This document shows positions 12,601 to 24,852 of a DNA stretch of 64,000 nt, piece by piece (within the stretch, counting starts at the first letter, position 1; the number at the start of each line of letters is the position of its first letter). This DNA comes from Antedon mediterranea. Lineage: Eukaryota; Animalia; Echinodermata. The stretch spans positions 22,427,432 through 22,491,431 of the forward strand of contig NC_092679.1 of the NCBI RefSeq assembly GCF_964355755.1, written 5' to 3'. The position numbers and the translations under genes were made by a program. Below the pieces are notes generated by a model. It had not been told where the DNA came from. It saw only the letters and a program-made list of their open reading frames with translations, and ran no database searches.

Positions 12601-15600
12601 TTCTCACCAAACTTAGCCACAATGATCAATGACACATCATATAATTGTGGTTACATTTTGAAGGGTCAGGGTCAAAGATCAAGGTCCACCAAAAAAAAAA
12701 AAAAATTAAAAAAAAAAAAAAAAAAAAAAACCCTCAGTGGGACTTGAACCAGCGATCTCAACTGTGAGAGGCTGGATACATAACCATTACACCACACTGT
12801 CATCCACAACTTGTAGTGTGCAGTTAACATATTTACACTTAGAACTAATAAAAAAAAATGTAAAAAAAAAAAATATTCAGGGGGAATTTTATGTAGGGGA
12901 ATTTTACAGTAGGCGGAGGTTTGTACTCTCGGAGTACCCTCTAGTTAGAAATATTTTGGTTGTGACGGTCGTTAAATTTGTTGGCGCCAGCATTACTTCT
13001 TTTGTTCTGCCAATTTACAAATAGTCTCTTCCACACTGGACTTCTATAACGTATAAATATGGATATTGTATTGTATTGAAATGGGCCTCAATTTTAATTT
13101 AGTGGCAGAAAAAAACATTTAGTATGAAATTAAGGGTGTTGCCCAGGCCACTAGGGCAACACCCCTAGGGTCCGCCGCTGGGTTTCGCACTTGTACGCAT
13201 AATCACCAAACCGTAATAAACAATGAACCTCATAATATACGTCCATGATTAAACTATGCAGCGTCAACAAAAAAATGAGAACAATATTATTCATTCATAA
13301 CTTGTTTTTACTTACTGAGAACGGACAGTATGCATGCCCCGATTACCATAACAAAAGCCTGTAAGGTATCCGTGTAGATAACGGCAGCCAAACCACCTAT
13401 AGAAAAAAAAGGTTATAATCCATTACTGTATTTTAACACAATGCCTTTGATTGCTAAAGGCAAACTTAGGGCTAAGACATTGATTTACTCAGGCGAGCGT
13501 TATTATTATCGGTTTGTTGTGAATGAAGTGAAGGGTGAATTGGTAGACCGTAACCCTACACAAACTCTCATTAAATAAACCAGAGTCCTGTGACGAAATT
13601 AAACCCTATTCTAATCGAAGGCAAATTTCGAAAATTATAAATGCAAAAGTTGGGACATCAAAGAACAAGTTCAGCACTTCGTTTCACCATGTTTAAGCCC
13701 TTACCCATTCTTCCCCCACCCCCACAACAACCCTACACACACAAGATCAACAACTATGAATTTCATTGGGAATCATGCCAATACACTACTAACAGTTACT
13801 GCAGTAACTACATTATTTACTGCAAAACAGTCCAAACAATATGGTCCCTCAAAACACGAGTTAAATCAATGTATAAAAAGGTTAAATAATTAACAAAATA
13901 TAGTTACAATTCTGCAGCAACTGGATTTTTGAATATTTTTTTGCTTGGTTTATTTGTTACGATTGCCAAGGCTTATGATCATAGAGATATTACATCAATA
14001 TCTCTATGATCATTGTTTTACGTTTGCCAAATAAGTGTCACTATAAATGATTATCTTTAAAACATGAGAACATTTTGTCAATGGGTAAACAATCTGTACA
14101 TTGGTGGAAATTGCCCATATCTCCAAATTAATCGGACTGTGTAACCCATGGAAGGAATGCATTAGTTATGTATTGTAGTATAGGTTGACCCAAATTAATT
14201 AAACACGGTTGTAATACAATAGTTGTGATTGTTCAAGCAGGAAGACGTATGGAACCTCGATTGAACCAATGGAATCTAACAACAGGACACTGAGCTCGCC
14301 TTGCGCCACTGATACAAACTGTAGGCCATCTACGTACACTCCGCGGCGCGTGGAACTGATCGTGTCGCAGCCACAGATAAACCCTTTGATCTTCAAGCTC
14401 AGCTAGCATCCTGTTAGATTGCCTCAACCAACAGGAATCTTACCCGTGACGGTGTACAAGGCCGTTATTCCCAATAAAGTCAAAATGGACGGGTACAGGT
14501 TCCATTGTAAGGCTTGTTGAATGAATATACCGCCTGAGTACAAGTCAACCTGTGGAAATTACAATAGTCGTCAATATTAGTGGGAGTGGGGGAGTGGGGG
14601 AGGGGTTAACATGTGGGAGTGGGGAATATACATATTCTGAGTACTGTATACTGTAATGATACTGAAATATATACGGATTTTTAAATTGTTTATGTATTTG
14701 TGTGACTCTGATTAATAAAGTAAATCAATCAATCAATGGTATCTTACAGAGATTTTGGTGAAGATGTATAGAAGAAGAGAGAGGAAGGCGATGTACATTC
14801 GTAACCTCTGCCTGCCAAATCGCTTCTGTAGGTAATCAGGCATGGTGTAAACGCCGCCTGCCATGTACACAGGAAGAAACACCCAGCCTAGCAATTGGCA
14901 GAAAAACAAGGCCTACAAAATAAAGATTATAAATAAAAGAGTTATTTATTAAATCTAGGTAATCTTTGTCTGTTGTATGATCAGCAGCACTCATTATCGT
15001 TAACACTGTCATAATCAATCAAGTTTTTTATTATCAGGTTTTCGTCATTATTATCACCATCTCATCATCATCAGTATTAATGTCATCACCACCGTATTAG
15101 CATCAATCACCCGAACGTCTGATTACTGTATCACTGTTATCATCATCATCATATCATCTTTTCATCATCGCAGCATCTCTTTCATCACCGTATCATCTCT
15201 TTCATCATCGTATCATCTCTTTCACCATCGTATCATCTGTTCATCATCGTATCATCGTATCCTGTCTTCATCATCATCATCATCTTTTCATCATATCATC
15301 TCTTCATCATCATCATCATATTATCACATTTTCGTCACCGTATACTATCACTTTATCATAACCACCATCATCGTATTAATACTGGTATCATCATCATTAT
15401 CATATCCCCCATGTTATTATTATTATTATTAGGCTATATTATTATTATTATCACCGTGCCATATGGTCGTAATTTTTTTAACTGTGTTTAAATCTTACAT
15501 TTAAAAATTTCTTTTAAACAAATAATACGGTATACATTATTATGAATATATATTATTTCCAAATACAAAAATACGATATGTTTATCTATTTTATTGTAAT

Positions 15601-17632
15601 TTGTGTTTTTATAATATCAATTCATATGATTGTAATAACTGATATTATGGAATTGCAAATTTTGAACTTTTCATTACAATAAATAGTGTAACAAAAGAAA
15701 AAATGTCAACTATACCGTCACACATCACCAACCATAACCTTACGTTTAATTCAAAGGCCCCAACTCCTATTCCAGCAGCGGCTCCTGATCCCGCTAGCCC
15801 AACGAAATGTTCACTTCCAATGTTACTGGCGAACAAAGATGCACCAACCTAAAAAAAAGAATTAAAGACGGTTCAAATGATATTCTTTGTTAACTGGATG
15901 GAGTATCCCCTCGTCGTATGTGGGACGTCGTCGCTTTTATACGCGGACACTTTCACAAGAAACGAAACAAGGGGAAACCGTTTAACACCCCAGTATTAAG
16001 GTGACACTTTGTCGGGTCCTGAATGTAATTACAACAAATAAGTAGGCCTAGTACGGTACTCTTTTTAATGCCCGATTCCCTCACTAGGACGTAACAACGC
16101 AAGACGTACGTGAAGCGTGGTTCCCATTAGCGACGCAACGCAAGGACGTAACGCAACGCAAGTGAATTGACCAATCACAAGCGATGGCTTATTCGATTGT
16201 GATTGCTAACTGTCTATAACTTCGCTTGTCATTGGTTAAAACGCTTGCGTTGCGTTTACGTTCTTGCGTTACGCTCTAGTGGGAACCAAGCTTGACCACA
16301 ACGCAAGTAATTTGACCAATCACGTTGCGCTCACGTCTTTGAGTTGCGTCCTAGGGGAACCACGCTTAAATAATAATAATCTTTATTGTCTTTCTTTCTT
16401 GTTTGTTCTTTTTCACATACATAAAATCAAAACTAAAGACAAAAGACCAAAAAAAAAGCTTTCGCTTATCGAGTTTTGGCCTTTGAAGGGCCACTTAGGG
16501 TTCCTAAACCGGGGGCCTCAGGCCTCTGCGTTACGCCACTGATACCGTACGCTAGTCGATCGTTTATTAAGAACATTTTACAGAAAGAATTAACTATTAA
16601 TACCATGTTCGGTTAGATTCAGTACTCTAGTCGTATCGTAAATGATAACATACGGAACACGTGTATGCTTGCACATATTTTTTTTGTTTGATTGCTTTTA
16701 GAAGATTAAAAAAATGGTTCGTGATGTGGGCTAATTTTCTCGAACATTTTTCTCACCAACAAGACCCTCGGGAATTCACGATGTTAAACTCCGGAAATCC
16801 CTGGTACAAACACGCGCATGTCATATCGTTTGCTATCTCTTCTTCCGCGAAGCACTAACATCAAAATCATTTTTCATACTTACGGGTAGCCATAGCATTG
16901 ATCCTCCAGCTAAAAAATAACCCTCAGCACTGCCGCGGTTTGATCGAAGCATCGACTAATAATGGAGAACATTTATGATAATAATAAATCAAATATTAAA
17001 TACGACTTACAACAAATATTATTATAAGGTTATATGTTTGTGTGTTTATTAGGTATAGGTGGTATGATAATGTTGATACAAAATAAAACAAAAAAGAAGT
17101 AGGCCTTATAGTTTCTGAGACAAAAATTCAAACTTTGTTATGACGAATGATTTTTAATTCCAAAGAAAAGATAGGATAGAAGATATAGAAGTAAATTAGT
17201 AGAAGTAAATTTAAAAAGATAGAAAATTCAGAAATGCAAGCACATCATAACTTCTCTATTATATAGGCCTGTTTCCAATCCCTAGTCTAATATCGAGTAG
17301 TCTAGTAAGTTATTAGTATACGGTTGTAGTATGCCTAGACGGGATGAGTTTTATGAGGCCATAGATAAGCATGATAGATGATCGAAAAGTGGACACTGAC
17401 CCGAGGGCCGAGAGGAATCAAATATTTTTGTGCGTGTACCGTATTGCTTCAAGAAGAATTTCTGTTGTTATTTTATGATGATGATGGACAAATAAAGCAT
17501 TTCAGTATTCAGTATTGAGTATTGAAAACAATACACTATACTTACGCCCAGGCCTACTAATATGACTACCACAAAATACGTGGCTATAACAGCTATATCC
17601 ACTCCTTCCAGTTGCGACGTGGAGGCTCCCAT
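3665..17632 (-). CDS. SLC5 sodium:solute symporter, SLC5A3/SMIT (sodium/myo-inositol cotransporter)-like, about 689 aa, 14 exons
   Basis: Exons 17546-17632, 16884-16955, 15744-15848, 14748-14912, 14444-14549, 13316-13396, 9804-10012, 9182-9317, 7273-7380, 6220-6415, 5497-5665, 4816-5037, 4143-4332, 3665-3888, all GT-AG and in phase. Motifs [68 protein letters not shown] is SMIT-like. Confidence 0.93.
6503..6657. mobile_element. MITE family B
   Basis: TIR TAAAGCTCTGTCTACACTATCAAA...TTTGATAGTGTAG. Related copies at 36953-37118, about 39270-39650 (internal 21-mer amplified), 43540, 43680 and 56204-56338. Confidence 0.75.
6977..7166. mobile_element. MITE family C
   Basis: TIR AAGGCCAATTTACA(C/T)AGAC / GTCTGTGTAAATTGGCCTT. 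Second copy at 9540-9748 and an end fragment near 22215. Confidence 0.7.
8586..8824. repeat. Minisatellite, 30-32-bp unit, about 8 copies
   Basis: (CAAACTGTCACATTAACATCACTGTAGGCCTCT)n. Confidence 0.95.
10726..13180. mobile_element. About 2.45-kb non-autonomous hAT-like DNA transposon in an SLC5 intron
   Basis: Ends CAGGGGCGGTC...GTCCGCCGCTG. Flanking direct repeat GGTTTCG at 10719-10725 and 13181-13187. No transposase ORF recognised. Confidence 0.7.
12347..12945 (+). mobile_element. Helentron-associated non-autonomous element (HINE/DINE-1-like), nested in the hAT-like element
   Basis: Subterminal inverted repeat CCTCCGCC (12352) / GGCGGAGG (12912), (GT)n microsatellite, and 3' hairpin GTACTC-TCG-GAGTAC followed by CTAGTT. 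Contains a tRNA-like segment at about 12735-12800. Confidence 0.7.
14271..14423. repeat. Unclassified hairpin-forming dispersed repeat, copy 1 of 3
   Basis: AATCTAACAACAGGACACTGAGC...GCTCAG...CCTGTTAGATTGCC. Homologous to 25837-26055 and 32138-32310. Confidence 0.75.
15050..15450. repeat. Degenerate (CAT)n / (TAT)n low-complexity tract
   Basis: Runs of catcat and tattat. Confidence 0.9.
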
Positions 17633-18026
17633 CGTTGACCGGTTACGTAAAAATAATAAGGCCTATAGTACGATCGGGAAACAAAACAAGTTGAAGCAAA
17701 CTACACAGCAGCAGGAATGATGTGACTCCTCCCTACTCCGCCTCCTGTTGCGAATGCCTTTCACACAATCAACACTGTGTGCAGGTCACGAACAATGTTC
17801 TTATAGCTGTGTGTTATCTGGGTGGAGCGATTAGAGATTAAAAAGCACCGCTATATATTGAACTTTGTTCATGTGCAAATATTATCAAATTGTTACGTAA
17901 ATCCTTCCGTAGTTACACACAGAGTACAATCAGGGAGTTGTTATTAGAACTCCCTGGTACAATTAAAACAAGGCGAACAAAATGTCAATGTAAATTCTAA
18001 CAAAATGTATCATTACTGTAGTGTAG

Positions 18027-19009
18027 TACGGGGCGCCGTATGGGACAATGCTAATTTTGTCGAAATATTACAATTTTGTCTACACATAATTAATTTTGTC
18101 AATACAAAATTCATTTTGTCAACACAAAATTCATTTTGTCAACACAAAATTCATTTTGTATTGACAAAATTCATTTTGTGTTGACAAAATTTATTCTGTG
18201 TGGACAAAATTAATTTTGTCTTGACAAAGTTCATTTTGTCTCGACAAAATTGATTCTGTGTAAACAAAATTCATTCTGTGTAGACAAAATTAATTCTGTG
18301 TTGACAAAATTAATTCTGTGTAGACAAAATTCATTCTGTAACGACAAAATTCATTTTGTGGCGACAAAATTCATTCTGTAACGACAAAATTCATTTTGTG
18401 TAGACAAAATTAATTCTGTGTGGACAAAATTAATTCTGTGTAGACAAAATTAATTCTGTGTGGACAAAATGAATGTTGTTGCAACAAAATTCATTTTGTC
18501 GAGAGACAAAATAAATTTTGTCGTGACAAAATAAATTTTGTCGCGACAATTCTACACAGAATTAATTTTGTCCACACAGAATTAATTTTGTCCACACAGA
18601 ATTAATTTTGTCGTTACAGAATGAATTTTGTCTACACAGAATGAATTTTGTCCACACAGAATTAATTTTGTCTACACAAAATGAATTTTGTCGTTTACAG
18701 AATGAATTTTGTCGCCACAAAATGAATTTTGTCGTTACAGAATGAATTTTGTCTACACAGAATTAATTTTGTCAACACAGAATTAATTTTGTCTACACAG
18801 AATGAATTTTGTTTACACAGAATTAATTTTGTCGAGACAAAATTAATTTTGTCTACACAGAATAAATTTTGTCAACAAAAAATGAATTTTGTCAATACAA
18901 AATGCATTTTGTGTTGACAAAATGAATTTTGTATTGACAAAATTAATTATGTGTAGACAAAATTGTAATATTTCGACAAAATTAGCAATGTCCCAAACGG
19001 CGCCCCGTA
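18027..19009. mobile_element. Foldback-type element: about 1-kb near-palindrome built of about 21-bp subrepeats
   Basis: Termini TACGGGGCGCCGT(A/T)TGGGACA in inverted orientation. Arms are arrays of GACAAAATT(A/C)ATT(C/T)TGTG. Flanking 6-bp direct repeat GTGTAG at 18021-18026 and 19010-19015. Confidence 0.9.
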
Positions 19010-19852
19010 GTGTAGTGCCTAGATTTGTCAATAGGCGTGCTGTGTGGTGGAAGAATTAGTAGTCCAATAAAGTTAGTGGTGCGTGCAATCACGACAGTTG
19101 ATGCTCTTCAAGTCATATGGTGTAAAAACCGTGACTTGAATTTCTCTCTGTTTGGTGGTTTATTATTTGGAACAAATTGCAAGTGTGGCGTAGATTTTCG
19201 AATGGAATCGTTTTTGTTTTCGAATGTCATGTTTATTTATTTACTCGATTGCTTCATCTACACTACTGAGTAGTAAAAATTTAACTAAAAATAGATAAAT
19301 AAAAGTTAAGTACACGGCTGCCAGATACCAGCATAAAATTTTAAAATATAAAACGTGGCGAACATTGAGCATCGCATGATGTGCCGCTAAAGCATCATTA
19401 GTATAATAAACATGTAGTTTTACAGAGAACTTACAATCAAATAAAAAATCCATTCTGAATAATTGGTGAGGAACCACGCCCCAACTACGCCTCCTCCTCC
19501 TCCTCACTCAGTTCAGCAGTTTTAGCCTGATTTTACCGTAGACTTTTTGTAAAAAAATATATATGAACTGAAAACATGCACATTGGGACGTATTCTATAG
19601 CGAAATTCACGCCATTCTTAATTCTAATTAAGCAATATTACCTAATTATGTTTTTAAAACTCATTTTAATCCTTATTATAATGTTTTGAATAATGTTATA
19701 ATGGCGACCACCTGCAACCGCCTTAATGTTCAAATAGAGAGTGTGCGCACACTCAGTTGGCACATTTCAGGGAAATACAGAATATTAATGTACAACACCA
19801 AGTGACCTACAGCATGCTATACTTCTAACTTAAATGTTTTATTTTTCAGGCC

Positions 19853-22800
19853 TTAATTAAAGAATGTAACGGTAATGTTGGAGCAGGCAATCATCTTTCC
19901 GGCAAGGTCTGCCAATTCGGCATTGACCCGAAAATCCGACTGCAAGAAAAAATGAAATTACATTATTGACGTTTTGGAAACAAAGGGTACATTTTAAGAT
20001 CGCACTTCGGTTAATGCACTATATACTATACAATTATGTTTTTTTTTTCACTAGTAGTAGTAGTGGTGGTAGCGGTAGTGTAGGTGGTAGTGGTAGTAGG
20101 TGGTGGTAGTAGTGGTGGTAGCGGTAGTGGTGGTGGTAGTGGTAGTAGGTGGTGGTAGTGGTGGTGGTAGCGGTAGTGGTAGCGGTGGTGGTAGCGGTAG
20201 TGGTGGTGGTAGTGGTGGTGGTAGTGGTAGTAGGTGGTGGTAGTGGTGGTGGTGGAGGTGGTGGTAGCGGTAGTGGTGGTGGTAGTGGTGGTGGTAGTGG
20301 TAGTGGCGGTGGTAGCGGTAGTGGTGGTGGTAGCGGTGGTGGTAGCAGTAGTGGTGGTGGTGGTAGTGGTAGTAGTAGTGGTGGTAGTAGTGATATAAAT
20401 GGTGGTGGTATAAATGGTGATGGTGTTAGTGGTGGTATAAATGTTGGTGGTGGTAGTGGGGGTATATAGTGGTGGTGGTATAGTGGTGTTGTGGTATGAA
20501 TGGTGATGGTGGTGGTAGTGGTGGTATAGTGGTGGTGGTATAGTGGTGGTGGTATAGTGGTGTGGTGGTATAAGTGATAGTGGTGGTGGTAGTGATAGTG
20601 GTAGTAGTAGTAGTAGCGGATCCAGGATTTTTAAATAGGAGAGGGGAGGGCGGCGGAGTGGGTCTTCAAAATGGTGAAATGAAGTTTAATTTGATGTCTT
20701 ATTTTTTTACAATTTCCGAAAGTTAGGAAAGAGGGGGCAGACCGGCGGAATCCACCCCTGAAGTTGACTTATGGACCAATTATCGGTAACTCTTAGCTCT
20801 GGTGGGTAGGTAACAAATTTACCCAGGTATAAAGCCTGAGAATGGGTCCAACAAAGCGTTTGTTTGCTTGCGATGGATGGTACCGGGTCTATGGGACTAC
20901 TGTATAGGAGGCCTCTCTCACATCATCATCATAATCTATACTGTGCAGAATCTCATTTGAGTATAGTCGCACATGGGTTGGTCACATTTATGCAGCTGGG
21001 CTTCCTAATTTTCCTTACAGTTTGTGTTCGACACGTTTCATATTATTATTACATTACAGTTTTGTTTTCTCTCTTTTTATTTTTTTAAATTTTTTTTCCA
21101 CTCACCGTGATGTATCGGTGCATCGTACAAGTCCACAAGAGTTCAACAGAAGCTACAATATGAATTAAATATCAAATATCAATATCTTTATGTATTTATT
21201 TTATGTTACATTGTAACCCCTCCTTCTGGACACACCCTTATATTATCTTATATGTAAGGAGGACATTTTCCAGCGAAATGGAATAGTTGTTTTAACACTA
21301 TCCGCAACCCATAGGAACCCCAAGGATGTTCAACATATTGATCCAAATTTAAAGAAACTAAAAAAAAACTAATCCGGGACAGAAAATCAGTTTAAAGCAA
21401 ATAAATAAAATCTTTTTGAAGTCAAAATAAAGTCTCGGAATAGTCCAATAGAAAATCCGTTAAAATCATCAAAAGAAAAAAATAAAGCCTAAAAAATTAA
21501 ATCACAAGCACATTAAAATGAGCCAGAGACAGATATTGGTATCAGAATGTTTACATCGACATATTACAATGTAGGCCCAACTCGGTTTATTTTAGGCCTA
21601 CTTAAAGTGACCGTTTTGGGAACTTACAGTTCTTCTTGCCGGGGAAGGGACAGTCGAATTCGAGTGGAATCATACTGCACATTATGGTATCACGTAGTCT
21701 TAAAAGCGGCGTCTGCGACTTTGGCGGCATAAAAACATCGCCGCTAAATTGAACGGCAGTTTCAATATCTTCAACTGAAAAGAAGTAAATAGATAGTACT
21801 GTATGTACAAAACGTGTGAAAGAGACTATGTGCTAGGAGGTTGGCCTAACTATATTTGTGGTTCCTAAATGTGTTATTGTCCCCGGTTGCATGATACAAT
21901 TTTATTTTTTTAGTGAGTGAATGATATGTTGAGAGGTTTAGTTTCAGGTGAAAATAGAAAGAGTTAAATTGTTTAAATCAGTCAAAAATTACGAGGGGAA
22001 TACAACCCGGGGTTAGAAAACAAAACAATCGTGTCGAAAGCTAAGATTACGTTATGTTCTAGTGGGAACCAAGCTTAACCAATGACAAGCGAAGTTATAG
22101 ACAGTTAGCAATCACAAGCGAATAAGCCATCGCTTTTGATTGGTCAATTCACTTGCGTTGCGTTCGTCCTTGCGTTGCGTCGCTAGTGGGAACCACGCTT
22201 TACCGTTACCGATCGTCTGTGTAATTGGCCCTTATCGTTATTCAAATGACAGGATACTCACTCAATGTTATGCCTAGTGTCACGTTAAATTCAAACAGTT
22301 TAAGAGACAGTCGAGCTGGTACAGTTGTTATACGAACGTCGGGCATAGTAGGAGGGCCTAGAAATCGAAGATATAGTAATTAACATGATGGATTTGGGGA
22401 CTCTTAAAATATTACGCTACATAGTACATAATGCTATATAAATTTGTAGGCCCTATGCCTACATGCCTGTACAATTGAGGAAGCGCAGGCCTGCAAATTA
22501 GCTTACATCCTGAACACAGCCTACGTTTAACATGATTGTCAACATACATTTATACAAGCTTGGTTCCTACCGGGGGACGCAACGCTGTAAAAACACAAGT
22601 ATGCCTAATTAATTTGGTCACAAAGTGCTAGATACGCCGTCACTTGTGATTGGTCAGAAGTAGGTACATTACACTACTACTTCACTAGAAGTATGAGTTC
22701 CAACCTCGTATATTACTGACTACTTTATTGCAATGTCTGTTGTATATCACTTTAAAAAACAAACAATATTGTGTACACTTAAAAGTAGCATTAATCTAAA

Positions 22801-23306
22801 TGTCAGCTTTATGTCACTTGCTACCAGATGTCTCTATGTAGACGGTTACCTGAACCAGTAAGCCTACCAATACTAGTTATATCATTGTATCCCCGAAACC
22901 TTGACTAAGAAATACTGGAATGGTGTCCGGCGGGGGATAGTTTATTACCATTAGTTAGGGTCTAATGTAAAGCACCTAGAGGGGTCAGTGATCCATTAGG
23001 CGCTATATAAATATTGTTTATTATTATTATTATTATTATTATTATTGTAGCGTAAACGATAGTTGGTCGTATGAACCAGGCTTAACGAAAGAACGATTAT
23101 ATCAACTTTCAATAGAAAAAAAACAGTCACCTACCGCAATTGTGTGTAACAACAGACGTATCGTCTCCATGGTATATTTTTTTATACGCCGGTTTCGATG
23201 GTGGTGGTTTTATTATAATGTCGGTTAATTCACAAACCTCTCCGTGCACATGAAAGTACGCGATTACGCAACAAAACGCAATGACGATATACCCTTTCAT
23301 ATCCAT
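19853..23306 (-). CDS. Secreted ML (MD-2-related lipid recognition; NPC2/GM2A-like) domain protein, about 182 aa, 5 exons
   Basis: Exons 23135-23306, 22262-22357, 21628-21774, 21106-21152, 19853-19939, all in phase. Signal peptide MDMKGYIVIAFCCVIAYFHVHG. ML-like pattern HNCG...FNVTLGI...IMCSMIPLEFDCPFPG...FRVNAELADLAGKMIACSNITVTF. Confidence 0.75.
20050..20617. repeat. (GGT/AGT)n microsatellite
   Basis: Long GGT/AGT triplet tract in the last intron of the ML gene. Confidence 0.95.
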
Positions 23307-24444
23307 TCGATTTCTACTCCATGTATAACATAACGATAGTTGTTTTAGATAAGGAAGAACGAATATTAAACTGATGTCAAGTGTTATCGAAACCAGTGAC
23401 GTCACAATTTTACAACATAGAATTCGATATCATGACTTTTGTATGTCTTATTTTCTGTGATTTTCAGTTTTGATAGTTTGATCTTTATAAAGACAATCTT
23501 ATCACTAAGTACAGTACACTCTCAATTGGGACATCTTTATTCGAGAGACAACCCTGTTAAGGGGACACGTCTACGTAAAGTGAATGTGGAGGGGCAGGGG
23601 GTGGCAATACGTGTTTTAACACTACGGGCACAACCACTAAGAAAATACTCTGTTGGGTCCCGAAGTTTTCTCTGAATAGGGGTTTTACTTAATTTTTCAT
23701 AATTATTTTAACAGAGTGTTTACTGTCTTTTGCGCACACTCGGAGAAAATGAAACAAATTATTGTCGGACGCTTACATTACAAAGTAGGTCTCGGTTAAC
23801 AGTGCTACGTTGTATAGGAAGGTATCATATACCATATAACGCAACGTAAGTACGTAATTTTACCAATCACGAGCGATGGATTATCCGAACTGTCGATTGT
23901 TATTGGTCAATTTGTTTGCGTTGCGTCTACGTCGTTGCGTCTCTAGTGGGAATCAAGTTTTAGATAGTTGGACAAATATAAATAATAGTATTCTCTTTAC
24001 GTAATCTTAAAGACACTGTTTGTCTGTCATAGAAGGTTTTATTAAACATATAACATTTTTGATATTATTATCTAAATAAATAATGATTAATATTATTTAC
24101 AACTAAAAATCTGTATTGAGAATTAACATGGAGGATTAATCCGTCCAATTGGCAGATAAAATAAATATCATTTCATATCTTATTTCTTAAGTTTTGACAA
24201 ATAGAAAAACATTCTTGTTAGCAGCAATATTAAAATTAATTTCTCGATAGAATGTATAAAAATTTTTTATAAAAAGTGTTACTATTAATATTGCTGGTTG
24301 CTGTTAGACTAATCATTGTCTCTTGTTACGATGTTAGTATTTCTTTACGATTTTTCTAAAAGAACTTTCCATTTATAAACCTTTTATTTGTTAGATCGTA
24401 CCATTGAGGAAATAAATAAGATCCTTCATATTCGTTCCTAGAAA

Positions 24445-24712
24445 ACTGTAGTATAGGTATGACACGCCATACGCGTCAAAGATGAAGTATAGGTATGGCA
24501 CGCCATATGTGAAAGCTAAAGTATAGGTATGACACGCCATGTGCGCTAAAGCTAAAGTATAGGTATGACACGCTATACGCGCCAAAGCTAAAGTAGGTAT
24601 GGCACGCCATATGTGAAAGATGAAGTATAGGTATGACACGCCATGTGCCAAAGCTAAAGTATAGGTATGACACACCATACGCGCCAAAGCCGAAGTATAG
24701 GTATGACATGAC
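24445..24712. repeat. Minisatellite, about 39-bp unit, about 7 copies
   Basis: (AAGTATAGGTATGACACGCCATATGCGCCAAAGCTA)n-type repeat. Confidence 0.9.
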
Positions 24713-24852
24713 ACCGAACCTAGACTAGTAGCTACTGTTAGCTTCTATTATGCTTCTTTAAATTTTAACGGACCAACAGACAAACTAAAGTACAACAAAT
24801 CTCTTGTGGTGTGTAAAAGTATAAAATATTTGAGTGGAACATTTATTTCTTA

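Noticed and set aside
12735-12805. Possible tRNA gene (also about 600-670, 41010-41070 and 61430-61497)
   Set aside because: A/B-box remnants only. The acceptor and anticodon stems do not close, and they lie within repeats, so they are treated as SINE heads.
20149-20469. Val/Gly-Ser-rich ORF
   Set aside because: It is a (GGT)n microsatellite inside an intron of the opposite-strand gene.
22849-22905. Candidate extra exon of the ML-domain gene
   Set aside because: Phases compatible with the upstream exon hit stop codons, and the gene reads through cleanly without it.
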